Source: a virus. Taken from it: a stretch of DNA of 64,000 nucleotides. Below are positions 49,601 through 58,836 of the stretch, in pieces. Positions within the stretch are counted from its first letter, which is position 1, and each line of letters starts with the position of its first letter. The stretch lies in the IMG/VR virus record IMGVR_UViG_3300049893_002454, positions 32,001-96,000 of that record; one strand, given 5' to 3'. The position numbers and the translations under genes are program-made. Under the pieces are notes generated by a model. The model did no database searches and was not told the origin of the DNA. It worked only from the letters and a program-made list of their open reading frames with translations.

Positions 49601-51466
49601 GCGTTTAGGCTAGATACTTCGGTTGATCCTGATTTTAATAATAAGCGTATTGAACAAAATATGGCCAAGCAGGAGTCTCTACGGCGTTCGTCCGCTAAAC
49701 TACGAGAGCAGGCTAAGCGGCTTCATGCTGAGATTAGCAAAATTCGTGATGTATTGAAGGATCCAGAAAAATATGTACGTGGCACAGGCGAATTAGAAAA
49801 AGATTTGGAGAAGCAACTAGAGCGACAAGAAGCCAGGCTGTTGCATCAGTATAAACTAGAAGATAGTATTAAAAAGCTTAGAGATGATCTCCTATATGCA
49901 GACCCATTGCAGCTTAAGAATATCCAGAAAACTATTGCTATCCAAGAAGCTGAACTTAAATCCGTAATTAAGGAGATTGCAGAGGCAGATGCCAGCATTG
50001 ACAGGACTACGCGCCAATTAAGTTCCGCCCGCAAAAAACATAGCACTGAAAGTGATAAGCCTTCGCCTATTAAGGAGAAGAGTGTACGTGTCTATGAGCC
50101 TACCGAGGAAGAGCGTGCTGCTGCTAAGCTACACAGACAGAGGTATGAAGCTGCTGTTGATAAATCTGTGGAAGAAAAGGCCAAGCGATATCGCGCTGCA
50201 GATGAGGCGGAGAGAAGGACGATAGCTGAGCGGCGCAAATTCGTTGATCCTAATAAACCGGAGAAGCAACTTCCGTCTACGCGTATGCTTAATGCCGCAC
50301 GGGCTATGCGCTATGCCTACAAGAAGGCCTTGGAGTTGAATCCTAAGGCAGCAACTTCGCGTGAAAGCAAAGTCAGAGATGCTCTCTACCGCCAAACTGA
50401 GCTAGATAATTATCTTCGCGTGCTAGACGACGAGTATTTAAAACAGGCTACTGAGCGTGCTTTATCAGAAACAAGTGATATTCAAGAGCAATTTAAATTA
50501 CGTACAAAATACTTAGATGAGTTGCATAAAGCGCCAGAATATACACAGGGCCTTGAAATGTTGCAGCAGGCAATGAATGATCTGGATAATGCTTCGATTA
50601 TAGATCGTCCGGAGGGAACTGCTGCTCTGGAGTCAGTTGTTGAGCCACGCGATATGGGTAAAGGTGTCGGGAGAGTGCGTGGAAAGCCGGAGCGTATGTT
50701 AGGTGCGAAGGATCCGTACATGTTATTCTTCCGTGCTCAATATGAGGCCGAAATAGCTTTAATGCGCTATGAAGAAGCAGCTAAGGCCAAGAAGCACTTG
50801 GATAAGGTGGCAGCTAAGGCTAGAAAGGATGCTTCTGATGCGGGGTTGGACGAAAAGCAGATTAATGAGACTGTGGACAGGGAGTACAATGAAATGTTGG
50901 GCGGCATTATGGCAGCACAATATGAATCACTCTCTAAATTTGATAATATTGTTGATAAATTAAAGGAAAGCACTCAAGGTAAAAAACCAACTGTATTTTT
51001 TGATCCTACCAAAGTAGAATCATATCTAAAGGACCTTGCAGACAAGCAGGCTGCTGCTGTTCATGAAAAGGAATTAGCAAGACGTTTTATTCAGGTACGG
51101 GAAATACCATTGCTTACGGCAGGGACATTCGACCCGGATCGCTATCCGAAATTACTTGCTGCTGAATTTAGCGATGAGATGCCTCCAATGTCAGAACTGG
51201 CACGCCAACAACGTGGTGGCGAAGGGGTATACAAGAAGTTGCGATATGTCCTGCCACATCTATTGTGGGGACAAACTACACCAGGAAAGAAGGGCAAAAA
51301 GGGTGAAGGGGCAGCTGATGTACCTGCCGAAGTTGCGGGATTGCAAGAATCGCCATTTACTGAAGCTGTAAAGAAGCGCTATACGCCAGCCCCAATCAGA
51401 CCAGGTGGTAAAGGTCAGCGTGGACAAAATGTACCTCAATTCATGCAATCAAAGAGTCGGAGCTAA
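46619..51466 (+). CDS. large (1615 aa) coiled-coil protein with an N-terminal HExxH zincin-like domain
   Basis: TLGHEVAHIRGG...E near aa 100; remainder is charged and helical. Confidence 0.8.
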   Translation: MKYSSIVSDLIRRFSSLDIIIEPEESAVREAVNKLIGSNPKYFEGVKKVVVEHDVPHSPYLGKSTGEGIIYISLDAIRNQLKSQGEEHNQQAFIHELVKTLGHEVAHIRGGMEHTEGPSEVEEQVLEQKFPMPALKREAADLTDKQRRAIVLQKEIAALQGQLNQIQTVWKQLTKPGIKVDPAREVHFKAEQDRINNEITARRSEIESLEKLEQAVTKETISDEKAAPKSPAVTNVNDLARYGPLFKDLAASLGSALSGLVKLYQLLNGAPDFVKGEGKILPRMKEVISSTDALYKKMSSRIQAHTDAPHLLKELALEILFEETSESLLDTGDFLTSEQDFITPLTNQGVESDFYKNAIAPLVNEILASITRAAAVVGSEHKSILQIPELSTSKLPSAQKNIGKPQRETKSHGERTLSTIREDYLNEFSGLTDKLEGARRLWKNTADQSKLAPLLTRKDQLEAELQIAKQELSDAFADVTALSGTPRTKEQAAKQRASSERYQMAKRRVKDAEDELSALKTKISSLYDTSAVNADDLIAAIAPYSNVASVEARLKTVSEKLEQFKLLDEYKRQLTERREELLSKSKELGEGNPDVKALTALVEVSLPKQIAEIEGDLGASSSPKSREKDPNEKRIRDDIKANTKLLNSPLVRSIFDKLMPDMASGGDLRTQKKNLERKIKVRTQDVAPETDYDELKGVLPADVEISTWQSQIADVDRDIKYRKRTEIIDYIGRLGQALSAIVQRAAGKSDVAIPTDILGKSLRLGKYIGADGNAKIIRDLESVVNANMKAVGPIEAELGKLRDELANIKRSPKKDEVKAERLKAKYKYLSEQPAFKKLRSDISSTIERLVQHTSPIVTEEVSQPKIVTEREDAPDISDKLRRRREKEERNIAKEFGWKTELPSQEESTKFPEYDERSKAVSRQWEAPEPLGKSTLTNAIKQDIERGLIDPTKIPSDVRKQLLTQLHATSGELRSIKERLVTPDAELADLQKEEAAFRLDTSVDPDFNNKRIEQNMAKQESLRRSSAKLREQAKRLHAEISKIRDVLKDPEKYVRGTGELEKDLEKQLERQEARLLHQYKLEDSIKKLRDDLLYADPLQLKNIQKTIAIQEAELKSVIKEIAEADASIDRTTRQLSSARKKHSTESDKPSPIKEKSVRVYEPTEEERAAAKLHRQRYEAAVDKSVEEKAKRYRAADEAERRTIAERRKFVDPNKPEKQLPSTRMLNAARAMRYAYKKALELNPKAATSRESKVRDALYRQTELDNYLRVLDDEYLKQATERALSETSDIQEQFKLRTKYLDELHKAPEYTQGLEMLQQAMNDLDNASIIDRPEGTAALESVVEPRDMGKGVGRVRGKPERMLGAKDPYMLFFRAQYEAEIALMRYEEAAKAKKHLDKVAAKARKDASDAGLDEKQINETVDREYNEMLGGIMAAQYESLSKFDNIVDKLKESTQGKKPTVFFDPTKVESYLKDLADKQAAAVHEKELARRFIQVREIPLLTAGTFDPDRYPKLLAAEFSDEMPPMSELARQQRGGEGVYKKLRYVLPHLLWGQTTPGKKGKKGEGAADVPAEVAGLQESPFTEAVKKRYTPAPIRPGGKGQRGQNVPQFMQSKSRS

Positions 51467-51468
51467 TA

Positions 51469-51984
51469 ATGCTTAAATTATCAAGAAAATACAATGATGC
51501 ATTAGACGAGTTATTTGATATTGCTGTTCGCGCTGCTGCCAAGAGGCTTATACATTCGGCAAAGCACGGTGATAAAGCAAAGTGTCAGTGTGATCATAGC
51601 AAGGAGATTGATGAGTTGGCTAAACAATTCATTGAGGATACAATGTATATAGATGATGGTAGATTTGGTCTATCTGAACCATTAGCAAAAGCTGCTGCTG
51701 GAGGTCAAAGGTATTCTGATCCATTGAATCCAAAGGATACTGCAGTAACTCTAGTTAGGCTAATACATCATTTAATGCAGCGTTCAAAAATACATAATAG
51801 ACCAAAATTTATACAGAATATACGCGAACATCTTACAGAATTAAATCCTTATATGCTGTCTAAAAAACGCAATAATCCTTCTGCAGCAATCGGTGCTGCA
51901 ATGAATATTATGAAAAATGTATTACAGTCGCAGCCACCTACAGTTATTGGGGCAATTCTTGGACAATTATATAGGATGCTATGA
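51469..51984 (+). CDS. hypothetical protein
   Basis: 171 aa; GGAG RBS. Confidence 0.75.
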   Translation: MLKLSRKYNDALDELFDIAVRAAAKRLIHSAKHGDKAKCQCDHSKEIDELAKQFIEDTMYIDDGRFGLSEPLAKAAAGGQRYSDPLNPKDTAVTLVRLIHHLMQRSKIHNRPKFIQNIREHLTELNPYMLSKKRNNPSAAIGAAMNIMKNVLQSQPPTVIGAILGQLYRML

Positions 51985-52754
51985 TTAAGATATCTAATAC
52001 TGGTATGGAGGATAGCGGCGTCTCAGATGTTGCCACTGGTCGCAGAATATACGTCACTGTTACTGCACGAAAGAAGTTCCGTGAAGCAAATCCTCAGTTT
52101 ACCAAAGTAAGAAATGCATTACTCAATACTGCTATGGCAAATGATTTTTCTAAAGCCAAGGTACAGCCAAAATTTTTTAAAGTACGCAAAGATCCGCATG
52201 CGAGGGGGCAAGTTCGCACTGGTGCTGGCGGAGAGTATATTGCGATTATTGATTCAAATAGCATCAAGATTGTAGGATTTGGTAGGGCTGGAGTACCAAG
52301 GCTAACTGGCCTAGTTGCTCCGCAGGTACGAACTCCGGCTTCAGTGTCATTTGGAGATACCCCCTCTCCAGTGTCATTTGGAGATACCCCCTCTCCAGTG
52401 TCATTTGGTAAAACTCCGGCGCCCGTGGCACTTTCAAATACAGAATTTTCATATTTCTTAATTAAGCACTCTTTTGATAATCTATGTGCAACTAACAATT
52501 TACACGAGGAGCGCCTGCATACAGTAGTCGATCTTTTATCTGAAAATACTGGATTGCCTATAGATGAGATTTTACGTAAATTAGAGACGGTCGAAGATCC
52601 GTCGACGTTGTATGAACTATGTTCAAATGATCAGGCAGATTATCTTAAAATACCTGAAGATAAAAATTCATATATAACTGACCCAGTATATAGCACACAA
52701 TCCTCACTGCCATCATCGGCATTGGCCATACAAACTAGCATTTCAAATCGCTAA
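51981..52754 (+). CDS. hypothetical protein with a VSFGDTPSP repeat
   Basis: 257 aa; ATGA-coupled to the previous gene. Confidence 0.7.
   Translation: MIKISNTGMEDSGVSDVATGRRIYVTVTARKKFREANPQFTKVRNALLNTAMANDFSKAKVQPKFFKVRKDPHARGQVRTGAGGEYIAIIDSNSIKIVGFGRAGVPRLTGLVAPQVRTPASVSFGDTPSPVSFGDTPSPVSFGKTPAPVALSNTEFSYFLIKHSFDNLCATNNLHEERLHTVVDLLSENTGLPIDEILRKLETVEDPSTLYELCSNDQADYLKIPEDKNSYITDPVYSTQSSLPSSALAIQTSISNR
52342..52408 (+). repeat. in-frame 27-bp tandem repeat (about 2.5 copies)
   Basis: CAGTGTCATTTGGAGATACCCCCTCTC at 52342 and 52369, partial copy at 52396. Confidence 0.9.
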
Positions 52755-52766
52755 TTCTATTAATAG

Positions 52767-53342
52767 ATGACCACACCAATATTAGTAGGAATGTCGGAGC
52801 TATCATTGAAGATTGCAATCCCAATTTACTCCATTAAAATTAGTCCTGCTGAAATGGAGCAGTCGAAGAAAGTCAGGGCGCTGCTCAAAGATGTAGTTCT
52901 AAAATTAGACCAACTCACTGACTCACTAAAGATATTCTCATCCATTATTAGTGAACTTAGGGATGTTTCTGATATAAATCAGGTGCGACGAGAGCTAGTG
53001 TCATATAAACATAAAATTCAAGGTGATACCAATGATCTGTTAACCCTAGTAGAAGGATCACTAACAGAGTGGAATAAAATGATTTCAGATAGTAACTTTG
53101 ATTCTATCAAACGAGCTTATATTGAAGAGATTCGTAAACTACGAGAGGATATTGGCAAGTTACTTGAAAGACTTAGAAGACCAACAGAACCATCATTTTT
53201 ACAGGATACCCCGCAAGATGTAAATAATATTATAGCCGCTAGATTGGCCATAAATGAAATTATCTCTGCGCAATTATTTCAAAAAATAGATCGTGACATT
53301 TTAGGTCGTATAAAGATAGGAACAAAGATAGTGAATTTATAG
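52767..53342 (+). CDS. hypothetical helical-bundle protein
   Basis: 191-aa ORF. Confidence 0.75.
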   Translation: MTTPILVGMSELSLKIAIPIYSIKISPAEMEQSKKVRALLKDVVLKLDQLTDSLKIFSSIISELRDVSDINQVRRELVSYKHKIQGDTNDLLTLVEGSLTEWNKMISDSNFDSIKRAYIEEIRKLREDIGKLLERLRRPTEPSFLQDTPQDVNNIIAARLAINEIISAQLFQKIDRDILGRIKIGTKIVNL

Positions 53343-53349
53343 GTGTATT

Positions 53350-53514
53350 ATGGGATTTATTAAATACTCTGTATTAGAATTAGGGGTCGAAGAGACCCTT
53401 CCAGGTTGGATTAAGCAGTCCAGTAAAGCAGAATCTGAAGTGAAGGACGATGACCTCGAGACTGCTAATAAAAGTTTAGATGATGATAGTGAAGAAAATC
53501 AAACCAAGGAATAG
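53350..53514 (+). CDS. 54-aa acidic hypothetical protein
   Basis: Translated by eye MGFIKYSVLELG...EENQTKE; AGGTG RBS; exactly fills the gap before the protease gene. Confidence 0.55.
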   Translation: MGFIKYSVLELGVEETLPGWIKQSSKAESEVKDDDLETANKSLDDDSEENQTKE

Positions 53515-56500
53515 TGATGGCTATTAAAAAGATTGCGTTTAGTGATCAACTACATATATCAAATATAGTTTCTTCAGATGTTGTAGAGGCAGAAGCCGAT
53601 ATTGTAAACCGATTTAAGGAAATTGTTGCGTCCTTGCGAGATGAGCAAGAGCGTATCAAGGTCGGTACCAAGATTGCACCTAAAGTAGAAGACTTTATCT
53701 ACTGTCATGCTATACAGATGCATGCTGCTGAAGCAAATCTTGTTGGTGAGGACAGCGGTGAGTTTAGGAAGAATTCCCGTGGTGAGCCAGTACGAGGACA
53801 TTTTGAATCAGTAAAGGATGGGCGTGGTTCAGATTCGGTAAAGTGGGTTAGTCCGGATGGAATCCAGCTCTATAAGAATGCTAATGGCGATATTTTCCCA
53901 GAAGAAGATCTTATTAAATCGCATAAAGAATGGGTAGGTAAGCCTCTATGCAAAGATCATATAAGCAGCAGCGTAGATGGAATTCGCGGTATTATAGTTG
54001 ATACTTTTTATGATAACCGCTTCAAACGTGTCCATGCATTATTTGCTTTAGATAAGAAGAACTATCCTGAACTTGCTCGTAAAGTTGAAGCCAATTATGC
54101 AGTTAATGTCTCGATGGGCACAGCAGTAGGCAGATCTATTTGTACCGAATGTGCAAATGTAGCGACCACAGAGTCTGAATATTGTCATCATGTCAAATCA
54201 AAATCTAATTATGGTGAAATAAATAAGGATCTCAAGCCCATAGAGCTTAGCTTAGTGGTTGTGGGTGCTGACCCGCGTGCGAAAGTGCGTACTGTACTAG
54301 CTAGCTTTAATAATTATTTTATGCAAAAGGCGGCGGCTCTTGCTGATTCTTTAGAAGAAAGCGTAGAACCGACATCAATATCAAAAAATCTTAGTGTATC
54401 CGAAGTTATAGATTTACTTGGAGCACTGAACCAAGAAAGTGAAAAATATGCCGAGGTCATGCGTCATATTTCCACTATGAAAAATCATGAGCTGCGGGAG
54501 CTCGTGCTTAAATTGAAGTCAATGAAAGATCCTACATTAACAACTGTCAAAGATACTATTGGAGAGTTGTTAGCTGAACGATACATGGCTTCTCCCCCTC
54601 CCGCGCTTGATATTAATAATGCAGGACGCCCAACAGGTACGGCCACTCAGCCTGATTTAGGATCTGCAGCAGCAACCGGACATGACTTAGCCGGGACAAG
54701 CTTAAATACTGAGATAGGTGAGGATCCTATTTCTATGGTAGATAAGGTCGTAGGAGTTTCACGAACTCTTCCAGATCCTAATAGTGGTATAGCAACGGCA
54801 TCGGCTATTTTATCAAATTTTACTGATAGTTCTGACACCGATGTCAATAACAATTCTTTGCACAATAGATTTGCAATGTTGCAGAAGAAGGAGATTCCAA
54901 TGAATTTTGCAGAGTTACGTAAGCGTGCAGAAGCGCGCAAACAAGCGTATCACCAGGGCACAGAAGACCCAGCGAAGGCACTTCCGTACGATAAAATGGG
55001 TGACGCAGATAAGATCCGAGACACACAGGATAAACAGATGGTTGGTGATGAGCTTGATACCTCATCCGACATTCCCGCCGAAGATGCTAAGAAGAAGGAT
55101 ATTCTTCAGCGCGCTTCACTTGAAGAGCGTCGAGCTAAGCGAGCTAAGCTCCTTGAGGCACTTACCAAGCAGGCCGATTCAGCTAAGCCTGGCAATGTAG
55201 AGGAGAAGACTGACTCTCTCGGTCGTAAGGTTATGGTCGCCACTAAACCAGATGGCTCAAAAGAGGTATTGAAGGCTGATGATGAAGCCGGCACTGTTGA
55301 GAAGAAGGCTTTCTGGCAAGGAACAGAAGAGCCTACCCCTGGCAAGACCAGATATCCTCTGATGGGTGAATCACATGATAGCATGCGTGCCAAAGACAAG
55401 CAAATGAATGGCGTTGTCGAGACTGGTGCAGATGGCCTTTTCCCTGGAGATGAGCAGCTGAAGAAATCACTGCAACGCTCAGCGTCCATCAAGGCACGTC
55501 TTACAAAGAGCGCTACGCCAGGAAAGAGCACGTGGAAATTTTTTGCAGGTAATGATGAGATTCTTACTGTAAAGGCTTCTTCGGCATATGAAGTTGGCTT
55601 AGATGAGCCCGTACAAAATACAGCCCATCTCTCGCAAGACGGCAATGACCTTGTAGCTGATGACTTTTTCAAAACTGATGTTTATGCAAAGGAAGTTATG
55701 AAGCTCATCCGTTCTGCTGGTCTTGAGAAAGCAGCAGAGACTTTAGGTGGTGAGTTACCTCCTCCGCCAGCTGCCCCGCAAGCAGCGCCAGCACCAGCAG
55801 TGCAGGAATCGCCTGCTGATGCTGCTGGGGAGCAGGAGAAAGATGCTAATGATAAGATCGTAGAGGCACTCGCCTCGATCGAATCCGCTGTTGAAGAAAT
55901 TCGCAATGCAGCTAATATTGAGGATCTGAAGCAGGTAGATGTTTCATCTGAAGGCGCTGCGGTTACAGCATCATTCCGTACTCAGCTATTTAAAGTACAG
56001 GCGGAGCTAGCATCGGCAGCTGACGAACTAGCTACTTTATCAGAATCTGCTGTATCAAGCGCAATCGTTGACGAGGCTGTGTCTGACGCATTTACAGTTG
56101 CTACTGCAGCCGCCGATTTGCTAGATAAGTTTGCTGCAAAGAAAAAGAAGAAAAAAGATGATGTCAAGAAGATGAAGAAGGTAAAGAAGCTTTTTGATAA
56201 TAAGAAGCTTAAGAAGAAGGATGAAGATGAGGATGAAGATGAGGAATTGGAGAAGAGGGCAAGCGCTACACTTGCTGAGCTTCTGGCTGCCAGAGCAGCT
56301 CGTCGCGAGGCATTAGTAGCTAGAGCCGCTGATGACGGCAGTGAGTGGGAAGAGGTTACACGTCCAGAAATCCCATCATTACTAATGCAGCCTGATACTG
56401 AAGTTGATACCATTCCTGAACAAACAGAGGTTGATACTACTGCATTAGACGATGGTCTCGATGCTGCCGAAGAGTTAAGTGAAGCCCTGGAGGCATGGGA

Positions 56501-57350
56501 CGCTGAAGACGCTGCATTATCCGCTAAGGATAAGGGAGATGTTGAAGGTCCGCTTAGCAAAGAAGAGGAAGATGAAGTTGCTGAGATAGCCGACGAAGAG
56601 GTTGATGAGCACGAAAAGGAGATGCATGCTGATGATGGCCTCTTAGATCGCAAGGCCTGGAGAGCGTCTCTTCTAAAGAAGATTGCTGGCGAATGGCAGT
56701 CTACGTATTCAGAAGCTCGCAAAGGTGCCGGTCCAGAAGTTAGCGTTGATGCTAATGTATCAAATAAGCTTAACAAGGTCGAGACTCTGGCCGAGGTTAA
56801 GGATGCTATGGAAGATGTAGCTCGTTCTGAGCCGCGTAATGTACGCATGGCTGCTGAGACCCTTGATCGAATGATTCGTGCCGGGGCCGTTAAAGCAGCT
56901 CAACTCAATGAACTTGTTGCTAAGGGGGCTGTAGATGCTGAAGCCGCCAAATACTGGAAGGAGTATTTTGGTCAGACTGATGGTGGTAGCGAATTCGCTG
57001 CTGGCTTAACACAGGAATTCAAGCAGGCTAAGGCCAGCCTTGACGTTAAGGCATCAGTGGAAGAGCAAGAGGCTAAACTTATGCGCGCTTACAATCTTGC
57101 TCTTGAGGCTCAGGAACGCGGCCTTATCCCAAGGTCACGCACTGAATTACATCGCTTTGCTTCTAATATGGTTAAGTTGCCAACTGAGCAATTTGAAGCA
57201 ATGAAGAATATGATTGGCCAGGCACGCAAGGTAGATGAGCACGTTAAGACTGCCGCTCCGGTAGTTGGACTTAACTACGATCGTGCGCCAGCAGTAGCTC
57301 AACAGCCAGATGATATTTCAGTAGAGGGCTTGACTAAGCTCTTCTTCTGA
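53514..57350 (+). CDS. prohead (capsid maturation) protease fused to a long scaffold-like region
   Basis: N-terminal NANGDIFP, GKPLCKDH, GIIVD, VSMGT, C..C...C.H Zn insert, ELSLVVVGADPRA are typical of phage head-maturation serine proteases; C-terminal 800 aa are acidic, Ala-rich and helical. Confidence 0.8.
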   Translation: MMAIKKIAFSDQLHISNIVSSDVVEAEADIVNRFKEIVASLRDEQERIKVGTKIAPKVEDFIYCHAIQMHAAEANLVGEDSGEFRKNSRGEPVRGHFESVKDGRGSDSVKWVSPDGIQLYKNANGDIFPEEDLIKSHKEWVGKPLCKDHISSSVDGIRGIIVDTFYDNRFKRVHALFALDKKNYPELARKVEANYAVNVSMGTAVGRSICTECANVATTESEYCHHVKSKSNYGEINKDLKPIELSLVVVGADPRAKVRTVLASFNNYFMQKAAALADSLEESVEPTSISKNLSVSEVIDLLGALNQESEKYAEVMRHISTMKNHELRELVLKLKSMKDPTLTTVKDTIGELLAERYMASPPPALDINNAGRPTGTATQPDLGSAAATGHDLAGTSLNTEIGEDPISMVDKVVGVSRTLPDPNSGIATASAILSNFTDSSDTDVNNNSLHNRFAMLQKKEIPMNFAELRKRAEARKQAYHQGTEDPAKALPYDKMGDADKIRDTQDKQMVGDELDTSSDIPAEDAKKKDILQRASLEERRAKRAKLLEALTKQADSAKPGNVEEKTDSLGRKVMVATKPDGSKEVLKADDEAGTVEKKAFWQGTEEPTPGKTRYPLMGESHDSMRAKDKQMNGVVETGADGLFPGDEQLKKSLQRSASIKARLTKSATPGKSTWKFFAGNDEILTVKASSAYEVGLDEPVQNTAHLSQDGNDLVADDFFKTDVYAKEVMKLIRSAGLEKAAETLGGELPPPPAAPQAAPAPAVQESPADAAGEQEKDANDKIVEALASIESAVEEIRNAANIEDLKQVDVSSEGAAVTASFRTQLFKVQAELASAADELATLSESAVSSAIVDEAVSDAFTVATAAADLLDKFAAKKKKKKDDVKKMKKVKKLFDNKKLKKKDEDEDEDEELEKRASATLAELLAARAARREALVARAADDGSEWEEVTRPEIPSLLMQPDTEVDTIPEQTEVDTTALDDGLDAAEELSEALEAWDAEDAALSAKDKGDVEGPLSKEEEDEVAEIADEEVDEHEKEMHADDGLLDRKAWRASLLKKIAGEWQSTYSEARKGAGPEVSVDANVSNKLNKVETLAEVKDAMEDVARSEPRNVRMAAETLDRMIRAGAVKAAQLNELVAKGAVDAEAAKYWKEYFGQTDGGSEFAAGLTQEFKQAKASLDVKASVEEQEAKLMRAYNLALEAQERGLIPRSRTELHRFASNMVKLPTEQFEAMKNMIGQARKVDEHVKTAAPVVGLNYDRAPAVAQQPDDISVEGLTKLFF

Positions 57351-57358
57351 GTCACTTA

Positions 57359-57389
57359 GCGGGAGCCCGGCCATAAACTGGGCTCCCGC
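57359..57389 (+). terminator. strong GC-rich hairpin after the protease/scaffold gene
   Basis: GCGGGAGCCCGG / CTGGGCTCCCGC stem; no clear U-tract, so it may be a stability or processing hairpin. Confidence 0.55.
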
Positions 57390-57455
57390 AGAGATTAATT
57401 ATGTTCAATAGTCTGCACTTAGAAATTCTAGAACTTGAATTGCTAGGATTAACAG

Positions 57456-57836
57456 ATGAAGAGATCATGGGATATATTGCCTTCTTCTATTATGACAAAA
57501 ACTTCATCTCAACAGTATGAAATTTTTCGCAGATCCCAACAAGATCTTCCGGCAATTATCAACCAATTTTTCCTTAAATACCCTCCATCAGGAAATATAA
57601 CTAAGACCACTAATGGCCCTATAGAAAAATATATGTGGACCACGAAGGATGGGTCAAGAGCGATCCTGGCTACTTCTAAAAATGGGACTAAGGTTATAAA
57701 TTTTATATTAGATCAACAGAATGACTTTATTGACAAGTCCTTAGTCATGAAGTTAGTTTCTGTTGGTGGTAAAAATAAAGATATAGACATTAGAGGGGTA
57801 TTTGCTAACTTATTGACTGAGGTGTTAGATGCTTAG
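57456..57836 (+). CDS. hypothetical protein
   Basis: 126-aa ORF overlapping the next start. Confidence 0.65.
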   Translation: MKRSWDILPSSIMTKTSSQQYEIFRRSQQDLPAIINQFFLKYPPSGNITKTTNGPIEKYMWTTKDGSRAILATSKNGTKVINFILDQQNDFIDKSLVMKLVSVGGKNKDIDIRGVFANLLTEVLDA

Positions 57837-58518
57837 AGTTATACAATACTCTGGCAATGCTAGAGGTATTTCTTATCCGGTGCATCCAAATGATACATTT
57901 GAGCCTGGAATGATTGCACAATTTAAAGTGATAAATAACGATATAGTTCTGGGGGTCTCTGATGGACGAGCTCCATTTGGAATTATAGATGATATCCGAA
58001 CTACGGCCTTTTCTGCTCCTGTCAATGATGAGCTGGTTGTCATTCCCGGTGTACCCGTATTTGACGGATATAAATGGGTTAATGGAATGGATACCTCTAA
58101 GGAACTATATAATGCTAATATAATTAGTTCCTCATTCGTAGCAGATTATCCCGGCTTAAAGCTCAATCCAATTAATGGCATACTGAGAGCGCCTGCTGGT
58201 ATAGAATTAAATTACTCCATTGATGGCTCCCCTACACCAAATGCCGTGCGTACGCGAGTCAAGTATGTGTATCACGTACCTAATATTGCTGGAGAAGATA
58301 GCACTATTGGTTCTGGAAGGGTGTCGGTGTGGTGGTCGCGTGGTATATTTCAAACTGATCAGTATGAAATGACTGCATATAGTGTTAATGCCACCTTATT
58401 TGTTAGCTCACGCGGAAAGTTGACCACTGAACAAACTATGCCAGAGCAGCCAGGCGTGGGAATGTGCATTGTGCCACCTAGCGCACACAATCAATTTTTA
58501 GAATTTATTTGGCTGTGA
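57829..58518 (+). CDS. putative head decoration/cement-like structural protein
   Basis: Beta-rich; FEPGMIA..., PFGII, EDSTIGSGRVSVW, GKLTT...GVG; near the scaffold gene; GAGGTG RBS. Confidence 0.5.
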   Translation: MLRVIQYSGNARGISYPVHPNDTFEPGMIAQFKVINNDIVLGVSDGRAPFGIIDDIRTTAFSAPVNDELVVIPGVPVFDGYKWVNGMDTSKELYNANIISSSFVADYPGLKLNPINGILRAPAGIELNYSIDGSPTPNAVRTRVKYVYHVPNIAGEDSTIGSGRVSVWWSRGIFQTDQYEMTAYSVNATLFVSSRGKLTTEQTMPEQPGVGMCIVPPSAHNQFLEFIWL

Positions 58519-58525
58519 GGAAAAT

Positions 58526-58828
58526 ATGATTTTTGATCATGAGAACGGTAATTGGAAGAATAGCGAGATTGCTCGTACAACATTAGAAATCTTGGCCAGC
58601 CAGACAGCTGATCATGTAGACGAGCCTAGTCAGGATACGCCTGAGGTGGTCGATGAAGAGCGCTTAGTGGCAGAGGCGCGTATTGAATTAGAATCAAATA
58701 CCCGCATTGGCGCTAGTCATCTAATAATTAATGAACTGAATAGAATTGCTGAGCTTATAGGCGATAATCCGCGTGCAGCTCTAGAAATTGAATTAGCGAT
58801 AGATGATATAAAACATCTTTTAAAGTAG
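58526..58828 (+). CDS. hypothetical protein
   Basis: 100 aa; GAGG RBS; LNRIAELIG...A...IDDI variant of the shared helical motif. Confidence 0.7.
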   Translation: MIFDHENGNWKNSEIARTTLEILASQTADHVDEPSQDTPEVVDEERLVAEARIELESNTRIGASHLIINELNRIAELIGDNPRAALEIELAIDDIKHLLK

Positions 58829-58836
58829 GAGCTATT

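Noticed and set aside
46619-51466. Tape measure protein or SMC ATPase call for the 1615-aa ORF
   Set aside because: No Walker motifs, no tail-gene context, and composition is highly charged rather than tape-measure-like
52342-52408. Mini CRISPR array
   Set aside because: Repeats are contiguous with no spacers and are in-frame coding (VSFGDTPSP)
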